A stretch of DNA of 64,000 nucleotides. Source: Minisyncoccota bacterium. GTDB lineage: Bacteria; Patescibacteriota; Minisyncoccia; 2-02-FULL-40-12; GWA2-44-9. Below the pieces are notes generated by a model. That model did no database searches, had not been told where the DNA came from, and saw only the letters and a list, made by a program, of their open reading frames with translations. Each line of letters starts with the position of its first letter. Position 1 is the stretch's first letter. Location of the stretch: contig CP129474.1 of NCBI GenBank assembly GCA_030583765.1, positions 265,709-329,708 on the forward strand. The letters are read 5' to 3'. This document shows positions 27,171 to 35,293 of this stretch, piece by piece. The position numbers and the translations under genes were made by a program.

Positions 27171-29102
27171 ATGATTACTATGACCCTCCCGGAATCTGGA
27201 GCATCATTTTTAGAAACCCTACATCGTGCGCGGCGCTTTGGTGACGAAGAGCGCGAACGCATCGTGCACGCTTTTGCTATCGCACAACGCGCGCATGCGA
27301 TGCAAACGCGAAAAAGCGGAGAGCCCTATCTCTCGCACCCAATCGCCATCGCACAACACCTTGCAACACTTGGTATGGATGCTGCAACTATTGCCGCAGC
27401 ACTCCTCCACGATGTGCTTGAAGATACCGCAACAGACCAAGCAGAGATTGCGCGCGCATGCGGGAATGACGTGCTCTTCCTTGTACAAGGCGTCACAAAG
27501 CTTTCACACCTTCCCTTTGCGCCTCGCACCACAGCGGAAGCACACGATGCATATGTAGCCTCTTTTAAAAACCTCGTCTTTGCCATGGCGGAAGATCTGC
27601 GCGTCATCATCATTAAACTCGCCGACCGCCGGCACAACCTCATGACCCTCGATGCGCTTCCTGAAGAAGACCGCCAGCGTATCGCGCGAGAGACGATAGA
27701 GATTTATGCGCCCATCGCTTCTCGGCTTGGCATGGGAACAATGCGTGGCGAGCTTGAGGATCTTGCCTTCCCATATGCGTACCCCGAAGCCCATGCTCAC
27801 CTTTCTTCACTGGTACATGAGACCTATGATGACCGTCTCGCCTATACCAAACGCATCACCCCCATTGTTGCACGAACCCTTGATCTCGCCGGCGTGCGCG
27901 TGCGCGATATTCATGCACGCGCAAAACATACATGGAGTTTGTACCAAAAAATGCAACGCGACGGCCTCACAACGCTCGACACCATTTTCGATCTCGTGGC
28001 GCTGCGCGTCATCGTAGATTCAATTCCCGCATGCTATGAAGCCCTAGGCGCCATCCACGCCCGCTATAAACCTCTTCCAGGCCGCATTAAAGACTATATC
28101 GCCCTCCCGAAGCCAAACGGGTATCGCTCGCTCCACACGACAGTGTTTTGTGAAGAAGGCCGCGTCACCGAAATACAAATACGAACTCCGGATATGCACG
28201 CGCATGCAGAGCATGGTATTGCGGCGCACTGGGCGTATAGCGAGTCAGGAAAGGTACGAGGATTTACCGCCGACACCAATCACGCCGCGTGGGTTGCCTC
28301 TCTTCGCGACACCCTCAAAGATATTAAAACAAGCTCTGGCATGGCGCGCGCAACTAGCGACTTTTTGAAAAACCGCATGTATGTATTCACGCCACAAGGC
28401 GACGTAAAAGACCTCCCCGAAGGCTCGACTCCGGTCGACTTTGCATACGCGGTACACACAAATCTTGGGCACGCGATCGTAGGGGCAAAAATAAATGGGG
28501 CAATCGCACCACTGAGTGCCTCTTTGCATAATGGAGACGTCGTTGAGGTTCTCAAAAGTAAAACGCAAAAGCCGTCCTTTGACTGGTTGGCATTTGTACG
28601 CACATCGCACGCACGGCAAAGCATTCAGTCATGGTTCAAGAATAATGACCCACGAACCATGATAGCCAACGGGAAGGCCCTTCTCGCAAAAGAACTCCGA
28701 CGCATTGGCATTGCGTGGGATAGTATCCCGCGCGCAACTATTGTCCAGATGATTCATACCTATTCCGCGCGCACCACTGATGGACTCCTTTCTCGTATCA
28801 GCGTGGGGGATGTAAGCGCATCTGAAGTAGTAAAAAAGTTTTTCCCTGAAGCGCGGACGCCTCGCAAGCAACAGAAAAGAAAGAAATCAACCAAGGCACC
28901 CCAGCGCACTCAAGCGCTTATCGTGGCGCACGACCCAACGCTCCCGTGGCGTATTGGCAAGTGCTGCGCCCCAGAGCAACCCGAGCGCATTATCGGATAC
29001 ATCACCCGCGGCAAGGGCATTACTGTACACGCACGCACGTGCACAAACGCACAAACCGCCCCCAAGGAGCGGCTTGTGTCTGCAAAGTGGAATGCAGATT
29101 AG
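27171..29102 (+). CDS. bifunctional (p)ppGpp synthetase/hydrolase (RelA/SpoT family)
   Basis: HD domain (HDVLEDT), synthetase domain (…YRSLHTTV…), TGS and ACT regions. Start chosen at MITMTLPE after the rmlC stop. Confidence 0.85.
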   Translation: MITMTLPESGASFLETLHRARRFGDEERERIVHAFAIAQRAHAMQTRKSGEPYLSHPIAIAQHLATLGMDAATIAAALLHDVLEDTATDQAEIARACGNDVLFLVQGVTKLSHLPFAPRTTAEAHDAYVASFKNLVFAMAEDLRVIIIKLADRRHNLMTLDALPEEDRQRIARETIEIYAPIASRLGMGTMRGELEDLAFPYAYPEAHAHLSSLVHETYDDRLAYTKRITPIVARTLDLAGVRVRDIHARAKHTWSLYQKMQRDGLTTLDTIFDLVALRVIVDSIPACYEALGAIHARYKPLPGRIKDYIALPKPNGYRSLHTTVFCEEGRVTEIQIRTPDMHAHAEHGIAAHWAYSESGKVRGFTADTNHAAWVASLRDTLKDIKTSSGMARATSDFLKNRMYVFTPQGDVKDLPEGSTPVDFAYAVHTNLGHAIVGAKINGAIAPLSASLHNGDVVEVLKSKTQKPSFDWLAFVRTSHARQSIQSWFKNNDPRTMIANGKALLAKELRRIGIAWDSIPRATIVQMIHTYSARTTDGLLSRISVGDVSASEVVKKFFPEARTPRKQQKRKKSTKAPQRTQALIVAHDPTLPWRIGKCCAPEQPERIIGYITRGKGITVHARTCTNAQTAPKERLVSAKWNAD

Positions 29103-29986
29103 TCAATAATATTTCGAGCGATGAGGTTGAGCTCTTCGTGATCTGCGAAGCGAATAACAATTTGTCCGCCACGAGCGCCCGTCTTGATAAGTACCGGGGC
29201 TTTTAAGCGCTCACACAGCGTACTCTGAAGCTCTTCAAACCGACGATCTGCGTTCGTACCCGCACGGCCGCCCTTATCACGTGACGAAGCAAGTTCGATG
29301 TCAGACTTTGAAAACCCGTCCTCAACGATGCGCCGGAACATTTCTTGCTGCTTCGTAGGGTCAGAGAACGCCAAGAGTGCGCGCCCATGCGTAGCGCCAA
29401 TTTTCCCACTACGAATCGCCTGTTTAATGTTATCCGGCAACTTCATGAGACGCATGGTGTTGGCCACCGTTTCACGAGACTTCCCCACTTTTTGAGCAAT
29501 TTCTTGCTGGGTAAGGCCAAACTCGCTTGCGAGACGAGCATAAGCTTCCGCTTCTTCCATGCCGTTCAGATCATCGCGCTGTACGTTTTCAATGAGCGCT
29601 ACCTGAAGGCGCGTAGACTTCTCATTGCCAAGATCGTCTTTGATGATAACAGGAACGGTTGGTAGACCCGCCATCTGCGCTGCGCGTAAACGACGTTCAC
29701 CGGCAATAAGCTCATAGAACACGTCCATGCCCCGCGGACCATGATCCTCTTTCTTTGAAACCAAAAGCGGCTGGAGCACCCCATAGCGCCGGATAGAATT
29801 CGAAAGTTCCTTCAACGCATCTGCGTCAAAATCCTGGCGCGGCTGATCTGGGTTCGGACGAATCTTGCCGACTTCAATATAAAAGACACTCTCTTTCACT
29901 GCAGTCGCCTCTGCGCTCCGCACGCTTGAGTCTGCAGGAATGAGCGATCCGAGCCCCTTACCAAGTCCAAATAATTTTTTCACCAT
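29099..29986 (-). CDS. parB: chromosome partitioning protein ParB
   Basis: ParB box GERRLRAAQMAGLPTVPV and an HTH (LTQQEIAQKVGKSRETVANTMRL). Confidence 0.85.
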   Translation of the reverse strand: MVKKLFGLGKGLGSLIPADSSVRSAEATAVKESVFYIEVGKIRPNPDQPRQDFDADALKELSNSIRRYGVLQPLLVSKKEDHGPRGMDVFYELIAGERRLRAAQMAGLPTVPVIIKDDLGNEKSTRLQVALIENVQRDDLNGMEEAEAYARLASEFGLTQQEIAQKVGKSRETVANTMRLMKLPDNIKQAIRSGKIGATHGRALLAFSDPTKQQEMFRRIVEDGFSKSDIELASSRDKGGRAGTNADRRFEELQSTLCERLKAPVLIKTGARGGQIVIRFADHEELNLIARNIID

Positions 29987-29988
29987 AA

Positions 29989-30753
29989 TTACGCCAGTTT
30001 AATAATTTCTTCTGCAAGCTGTCGGTATGCGTACGCTGCTTTTGAATACGGATCGAACTGAAGAATTGTTTTTCCAAAACTCGGCGCCTCTGCAAGCGAT
30101 ACGGTGCGCGGAATGACTGAAGAAAACACTCGGCCCGGGAAATGTTTCATCACTTCGTTCACGACTTGGTTCGCCAACTGGTTACGCTTGTCATACATTG
30201 TAAGCACCACACCGAGTACTTGCAAATCATGATTCAATCCATTGCGCACCAACTCGACAGTGCGCAATAGCTGCCCCAATCCTTCAAGCGCAAAATATTC
30301 ACACTGCACTGGGATCATCACCTTCTCCGCAGCCGCAAGCGCGTTAATAGTGAGAAGGCCAAGTGATGGCGGGCAATCAATGAGCACGTAGTCATAGTTG
30401 TGCCGCACTGCGTCAATCGCACGCTTGAGACGACTCTCGCGAGCATCCATAGACACGAGTTCAACGGTAGCGCCCGCAAGATTCTGCGCCGCGGGTAGCA
30501 CATCAAACCCAAAAAGCTGCGTGCGCTTTAGGATGCGTTGCGGATTTTGATCACTGACAAGCACGTGGTACACATTCGCGCCTTCATTGTCTTCGTGGCC
30601 CAATCCCAAGCCTAATGTTGCGTTTGCTTGAGAGTCTAAATCTACCAAAAGCACATACTTTCCGAGCGCCGCCAAATATGCGGCAGTGTTGATAGCCGTC
30701 GTTGTTTTTCCTACGCCCCCCTTCTGGTTGCACACTGCGATAACGCGGGCCAT
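29989..30753 (-). CDS. parA: chromosome partitioning ATPase ParA (Soj)
   Basis: Deviant Walker A KGGVGKTTT. Start at MARVIAVCNQ. Confidence 0.85.
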   Translation of the reverse strand: MARVIAVCNQKGGVGKTTTAINTAAYLAALGKYVLLVDLDSQANATLGLGLGHEDNEGANVYHVLVSDQNPQRILKRTQLFGFDVLPAAQNLAGATVELVSMDARESRLKRAIDAVRHNYDYVLIDCPPSLGLLTINALAAAEKVMIPVQCEYFALEGLGQLLRTVELVRNGLNHDLQVLGVVLTMYDKRNQLANQVVNEVMKHFPGRVFSSVIPRTVSLAEAPSFGKTILQFDPYSKAAYAYRQLAEEIIKLA

Positions 30754-30805
30754 AGCTGTACCTGCATCGTAGCACGCAGGCATACGGGGGGCAATGAAGA
30801 AGCGT

Positions 30806-30835
30806 TGAAAAACCGGCTTTTCCGTGGTACGCTAT
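30806..30835 (+). promoter_or_regulatory. candidate promoter for tRNA-Leu (TTGAAA-N17-TACGCT)
   Basis: Hexamers read directly upstream of the repeat/tRNA leader. Confidence 0.3.
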
Positions 30836-30852
30836 GCCCGCAGTAGTTAGCG

Positions 30853-31076
30853 CAGTGAAGCGAAAAAATGCCGGGGTGGGTTGATATCGAGCATCATGCA
30901 CAGATATCAACGGGTTTCAACAGAAACCCGGGCCACAACCCCGCTCCGCTTTTACAGCGGAACACAGTGAAGCGAAAAAATGCCGGGGTGGGTTGATATC
31001 GAGCATCATGCACAGATATCAACGGGTTTCAACAGAAACCCGGGCCACAACCCCGCTCCGCTTTTACAGCGGAACA
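30853..31076 (+). repeat. perfect tandem repeat, 2 x 112 bp, each unit = 27-nt tRNA-Leu leader + first 10 nt of tRNA, followed by an 85-nt hairpin-rich segment
   Basis: Copies 30853-30964 and 30965-31076 are 112/112 identical. A third start of the unit (cagtgaagcgaaaaaatgccggggtgg) continues into the genuine tRNA-Leu. Confidence 0.9.
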
Positions 31077-31093
31077 CAGTGAAGCGAAAAAAT

Positions 31094-31179
31094 GCCGGGG
31101 TGGTGGAATGGCAGACACGATGGACTCAAAATCCATTGAGGGCAACCTCGTGAGGGTTCAAGTCCCTCCCTCGGCACCA
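31094..31179 (+). tRNA. tRNA-Leu (anticodon CAA), long variable arm, CCA encoded
   Basis: GCCGGGGTGGTGGAATGGCAGACACGATGGACTCAAAATCCATTGAGGGCAACCTCGTGAGGGTTCAAGTCCCTCCCTCGGCACCA. Anticodon stem ATGGA/TCCAT, loop CTCAAAA. Confidence 0.9.
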
Positions 31180-31185
31180 GATCAG

Positions 31186-31665
31186 ATGACCCCCCAAGAA
31201 GCCACGTTCCATAAGCTCGTAGACCCAACAAAAGTGCAGGTGTTTGTATTCACGTGCCCTGCGAATATCCCAACGAACATCGGTGCGCACCCTTGGTTCG
31301 TCGTTAATCGACACGGCACGCTCTCGCGATGGGAGGTGCTTTTTCAGAAAAAATCACGATCCGCACAGCATTGGGGCCACATTTTTAAAGATGCCTTCCC
31401 TCCATTCTCTGGCATCAACATTTTTCCCTTTTTCTACGCTCCACGCTGGAATGCTACGCTTCTCGAAGTAGTTGAGGGCGAGACCGCAGAACTACTCGCT
31501 CAACGTATAGAAAACTCACCAACAGAATATCCATTGCGGGATACTTATTTCATCCTCGGCCCCAATAGCAACACGTACGGACAATGGGTTTTAGATACGC
31601 TCCCCATCCCTACCATCAAACTTCCCTGGAACTCATTTGGAAAAAACTACAGGCCCCGCACCTAG
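31186..31665 (+). CDS. hypothetical protein
   Basis: 159 aa from ATG 31186. The ORF-track start at 31108 lies inside the tRNA and was rejected. Confidence 0.4.
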   Translation: MTPQEATFHKLVDPTKVQVFVFTCPANIPTNIGAHPWFVVNRHGTLSRWEVLFQKKSRSAQHWGHIFKDAFPPFSGINIFPFFYAPRWNATLLEVVEGETAELLAQRIENSPTEYPLRDTYFILGPNSNTYGQWVLDTLPIPTIKLPWNSFGKNYRPRT

Positions 31666-32483
31666 AGCTCGCAGAGATTTTCAAGCATTGCGGCAACCAT
31701 AATAGGCCCCATGCCGCTGGGCACAGGAGTGAGAAGGTCGGTAAGCGAAGCAACCGATGTTGCGTCCACATCCCCCACTACCTTTCCTTTCTGGAGTGCG
31801 TAGCCAAAATCAATCACTGTCGCACCTTCTTTGATCCATTTTTTCGTAATCAGTTTTGGCTTACCTACTCCTGAAACAATGAGGTCTGCACGTGATGCGA
31901 TTGTGGCGGGATCTTTTGTGTACTCATCAATAACCGCAACGACTGCACCTTGCGCCTGAAGCCAGCGCGCGACGGGCTCGCCAACGAGCTGGCCCCCGCC
32001 CACGACAGCACACTGCATGCCGGGCAACACAACACCGCGCAACTCGCACACTTCACGCAACGCTCGTACCGTTGGAGGCAAGAGCACGAGACCAGCGGGA
32101 TCGGCATGGAACATCGCGCGGCGCTGGGAAGTGAGCACATCAACATCCTTACGAGGATCAATGAGATCCATACATACACTTGAGTCCATACCAAGAGGCA
32201 ATGGAAGCTCTAAAAAGATGCCGGTTACTTCATCATCTGCATTGAGAAACGCAATGGTCTCGCGCAAGCTCGCATCAGAAACATCTTCGAGAACGTATGA
32301 TGAAAACAATATGCCGCACCGTTCAGCGGCCTTCTTTTTGATAGCAATAAACTTTTCAACCGCGGGATTTTTTCCCACAGACACTGCCGCGAGCATGGGC
32401 GCGACGCCAAGCGCATCAACGCGCGCGCGAATACGCTCATGCATGTGCTCCGCGATGATAGTGCCATCAAGAATGGTTGCCAT
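31662..32483 (-). CDS. folD: bifunctional methylenetetrahydrofolate dehydrogenase/cyclohydrolase
   Basis: MATILDGTIIAEH… plus the NAD(P)-binding GxGxxVG region (AVVGGGQLVGEP). Start at the internal Met. Confidence 0.85.
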   Translation of the reverse strand: MATILDGTIIAEHMHERIRARVDALGVAPMLAAVSVGKNPAVEKFIAIKKKAAERCGILFSSYVLEDVSDASLRETIAFLNADDEVTGIFLELPLPLGMDSSVCMDLIDPRKDVDVLTSQRRAMFHADPAGLVLLPPTVRALREVCELRGVVLPGMQCAVVGGGQLVGEPVARWLQAQGAVVAVIDEYTKDPATIASRADLIVSGVGKPKLITKKWIKEGATVIDFGYALQKGKVVGDVDATSVASLTDLLTPVPSGMGPIMVAAMLENLCEL

Positions 32484-33135
32484 GGGCTTCTGTTGCATGA
32501 GTAATGAGCGAGAATGTACGGAGTAGGTCTTCTGGTTTTGCTGCACCAACGCGCGTAATGCGCGGCTGCGCCCCCGTGAGATCTACAATGGTAGACGGGG
32601 CCGATGCAGGCAGCGTTCCCACGTCAATCACAATATCAGGTTTGAGACGAGAAAACGATGCCAAGATGCTCTCAACATCACGAAGCGGCTCCTGCCCTGA
32701 AACATTCGCCAATGTGAGCGTGATTGGGTACCCGAATGACCGAAGCACGGCGTCAACGAGAGGAGCAGCGGGGGCCCGAAGCGCAACCGCCTGCGTGTGC
32801 GCCGTAACGATCTGTGGCACGATATCGCGCGCTTCAAGCACTACACAAACGGGACCAGGCCACACAGCCTTAAGGAAGGCCCCTTGCCTGGTGTTCACAT
32901 GCGCAAGCTCTGTCGCCCACCGATCATCACGCACGCCAACGGGTACTGGCTTATGCTCTGGCCTCCCTTTAATGCGAAACACGTGGCGCACATCTTTTTC
33001 ATTGAGTGCATTAGCGCACAACGCATAAAGCGTATCAGTGGGAAGCATAGCAACGCCACCACGAGAGAGCACCCACGTCACACGTTGGACAATGTCTTCG
33101 GAGATAGTGTCGGGGGTACAGCGAATAACTTCCAT
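32467..33135 (-). CDS. tsaC: L-threonylcarbamoyladenylate synthase (TsaC/YrdC/Sua5 family)
   Basis: YrdC fold motifs (LPTDTLYALCANALNEKDVRHVFRIKGRPEHKP). Start at MEVIRCT to avoid overlapping rpsP. Confidence 0.7.
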   Translation of the reverse strand: MEVIRCTPDTISEDIVQRVTWVLSRGGVAMLPTDTLYALCANALNEKDVRHVFRIKGRPEHKPVPVGVRDDRWATELAHVNTRQGAFLKAVWPGPVCVVLEARDIVPQIVTAHTQAVALRAPAAPLVDAVLRSFGYPITLTLANVSGQEPLRDVESILASFSRLKPDIVIDVGTLPASAPSTIVDLTGAQPRITRVGAAKPEDLLRTFSLITHATEAHGNHS

Positions 33136-33184
33136 GGGATAAAACACAACGAGGGCCCCGTGGCCCTCGTTCTCTGCTCGGGCA

Positions 33185-33469
33185 TTACGCCGTCGCCGCT
33201 TTCTTCTTTGGCTTCCAACTCTGCACTTTCTCGCGGTCAAGAATCTTGTGATTTGCGAGAAGATTATTAGCCGTTGGGCTCAAGAGTGCGCCTTGGCTCA
33301 GCCAGAACGTAATGCGCTCAGTTTGCGCCGCAAGCCTCTTTGCGTGCGGATCATAGGTACCCAAAAGCTCCTGGTATTCACCCTGGGGCTTTTTGGTGTG
33401 CTCAGTGAGCACAACGCGAAAATAGGCTTGTTTCTTCTTGCCAACGCGTTGGAGACGGATCATTAACAT
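33185..33469 (-). CDS. rpsP: 30S ribosomal protein S16
   Basis: MLMIRLQRVGKKKQAYFRVVLTEH… is a canonical S16 N-terminus. Confidence 0.85.
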   Translation of the reverse strand: MLMIRLQRVGKKKQAYFRVVLTEHTKKPQGEYQELLGTYDPHAKRLAAQTERITFWLSQGALLSPTANNLLANHKILDREKVQSWKPKKKAATA

Positions 33470-33694
33470 GGTGCGGAATATACTAGCACAGACTCAAAAA
33501 AAGACAAGTAGCGCCATTCGGTAATGGCCTCAGCCTTTTGGGCATGAAAAGCATAGGGGTCCCGAGACCATTCGGAGCCCGAGCGGGCAGGGTGTCTCCG
33601 TGAGGAGACGAGCGAGGGCGAGTGAGACCGCGCAGTCCCGCTGGGACTGCGACGGGAGTCGGAGGGACCTCTGTGCTGCATCATGCCCCATGCC

Positions 33695-34393
33695 CTATTT
33701 CCCCCACTTTTTCCTTGCGAGAGCGTCCTGCGCTGCCGCCTGTTGTGCATCTTGCTTCGATGGACCCTCGCCTACGCCAACCTGCTCGCCGTTTAGGAGC
33801 ACCCCGACACGGAAATGTCTCGCATGATCTGGGCCCCACTCTTCAAGCACTTCATATGTGGGCGTGGCGCTGACGCGCTCTTGCGCCTCTTCTTGCAAGA
33901 CGCTCTTTGGGTCGCGATAAAGACGCTTTTCAATAATATCAGGAAGGCGGCTCAGTACGTGCGTTTGGATAAGGGCTGCCGCGGGAGCATACCCTCCGTC
34001 TAGATATACAGCACCAATGAGTGCTTCCATAGCATTTGCGAGAATGTACTGTCGTGCGCGACCGATATCACGAGCCTCCCCCTTAGAAAGGAGCATGCAC
34101 TCATTCAGCGCAAGGTCGCTCGCGATAATGGCCAGCGTATTGGCGTTCACGAGCGCTGCGCGCCAATTCGTAAGCTCCCCTTCGGGATTTGGGTATGTTT
34201 GGTAGAGGTGCTCCGTCACCACAAGCTCCAGTACGGCGTCGCCCAAAAACTCAAGACGCTCATTGTGATCCAATGGCCACGAAGGATTCTCGTTGAGGTA
34301 GGAGCGGTGCGTCACCGCCTGCTTGAGTAGCTCTGGCTGTGCGAACGTATGCCCGATAGCCTCTTGAAGGCGGGCAAGAAGTGCGTCGTGTTC
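33695..34393 (-). CDS. rnc: ribonuclease III
   Basis: RNase III signature ERLEFLGDAVLELVV and a C-terminal dsRBD. Confidence 0.85.
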   Translation of the reverse strand, partial: EHDALLARLQEAIGHTFAQPELLKQAVTHRSYLNENPSWPLDHNERLEFLGDAVLELVVTEHLYQTYPNPEGELTNWRAALVNANTLAIIASDLALNECMLLSKGEARDIGRARQYILANAMEALIGAVYLDGGYAPAAALIQTHVLSRLPDIIEKRLYRDPKSVLQEEAQERVSATPTYEVLEEWGPDHARHFRVGVLLNGEQVGVGEGPSKQDAQQAAAQDALARKKWGK

Positions 34394-34439
34394 CATGCGA
34401 GGTTCACGCATGGCAACAGAGAACATGACGATTCACAAC

Positions 34440-34964
34440 TTACGATTGTGCACTGTCATGTGCGCTGTCTGCCTCTGCGGTATCAGCGGAATCTGAAGGC
34501 TTTTTTGCGCCCTCACTGCGATGGGGGGCGTCGTCTTTTCCTGGCTCCCCGATCTCACGATAGACCGTCCCTAAAACACCATTCACAAATCGTCCTGATG
34601 CCTCGCCGCCAAATGATTTTGCCAGTTCAATCGCCTCATTAATAGCAACTTTCGGAGGAACCGCGGAACGATCTCCGAACAAAAGCTCATAGAGACCGAG
34701 GCGGAGAATGTTGCGATCAACAATTGCGATCTGATCGAGCGGCCATGCAGGCGCCGCTTTTTCAATAATCTGGTCGAGCGCTTCGCGATGCGCCAAAACG
34801 CCCTTGATAAGGTCGCGGACGAACTGTGCGTCGTCGAGTCCGGTTCCGAATTCGACGAGATTCTTTTCAATAACAGCATCTAACTTCTCCTCATTTTTGT
34901 CTCGGAAATCCCACTCGTAGAGTGTCTGCAGTGCGATCGATCGAGAGAGGTGTCGTGATGCCAT
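34440..34964 (-). CDS. nusB: transcription antitermination factor NusB
   Basis: NusB fold motifs (…RSIALQTLYEWDF…WPLDQIAIVDRNILRLGLYEL…). Has an acidic C-terminal tail. Confidence 0.75.
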   Translation of the reverse strand: MASRHLSRSIALQTLYEWDFRDKNEEKLDAVIEKNLVEFGTGLDDAQFVRDLIKGVLAHREALDQIIEKAAPAWPLDQIAIVDRNILRLGLYELLFGDRSAVPPKVAINEAIELAKSFGGEASGRFVNGVLGTVYREIGEPGKDDAPHRSEGAKKPSDSADTAEADSAHDSAQS

Positions 34965-34974
34965 GCTTGAAAAC

Positions 34975-35199
34975 CTAGGATGCGGTGCGCTGACGGGCTT
35001 TCTCCTGCTTGCGGAGCGCCTTGCCAACAACGTCCACTACCTGACGCCCTTTGTAATACCCACAGTATTTGCAGGTTGTGTGGGGGCGAATCATTTTTTT
35101 ACAGTGTCCGCACGCGCTCAACCCTGCTGGCTTTCGTGCCAGGTGGCTGCGACGGCGACCCTGTCGGCCTTTGGCCAAATGGTGTCGTGGTACTGCCAT
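34975..35199 (-). CDS. rpmF: 50S ribosomal protein L32
   Basis: MAVPRHHLAKGRQGRRRSHLARKP…CGHCKKMIRPHTTCKYCGYYKGRQV is an L32 Zn-ribbon form. Start at the internal Met of the ORF-track entry. Confidence 0.75.
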   Translation of the reverse strand: MAVPRHHLAKGRQGRRRSHLARKPAGLSACGHCKKMIRPHTTCKYCGYYKGRQVVDVVGKALRKQEKARQRTAS

Positions 35200-35293
35200 A
35201 CGTGAGGCACAGAATACCACGGAAAGATGCCCCCTGCAAGCGTCATCGGTTATCCATTGCAGACAGCCTCTGGTCGGGCCACAATGGGGACGC

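Noticed and set aside
30853-31076. CRISPR array interpretation of the tandem repeat
   Set aside because: The units are 112 bp, directly abutting with no unique spacers. No cas genes are in the window.
33470-33694. SRP RNA (ffs) or 6S RNA in the rnc-rpsP spacer
   Set aside because: Neither strand contains the conserved SRP domain IV motif (…GGAAGCAGCC…/GNAR-loop context) or a recognisable 6S central bubble. Kept only as an unspecific structured region.
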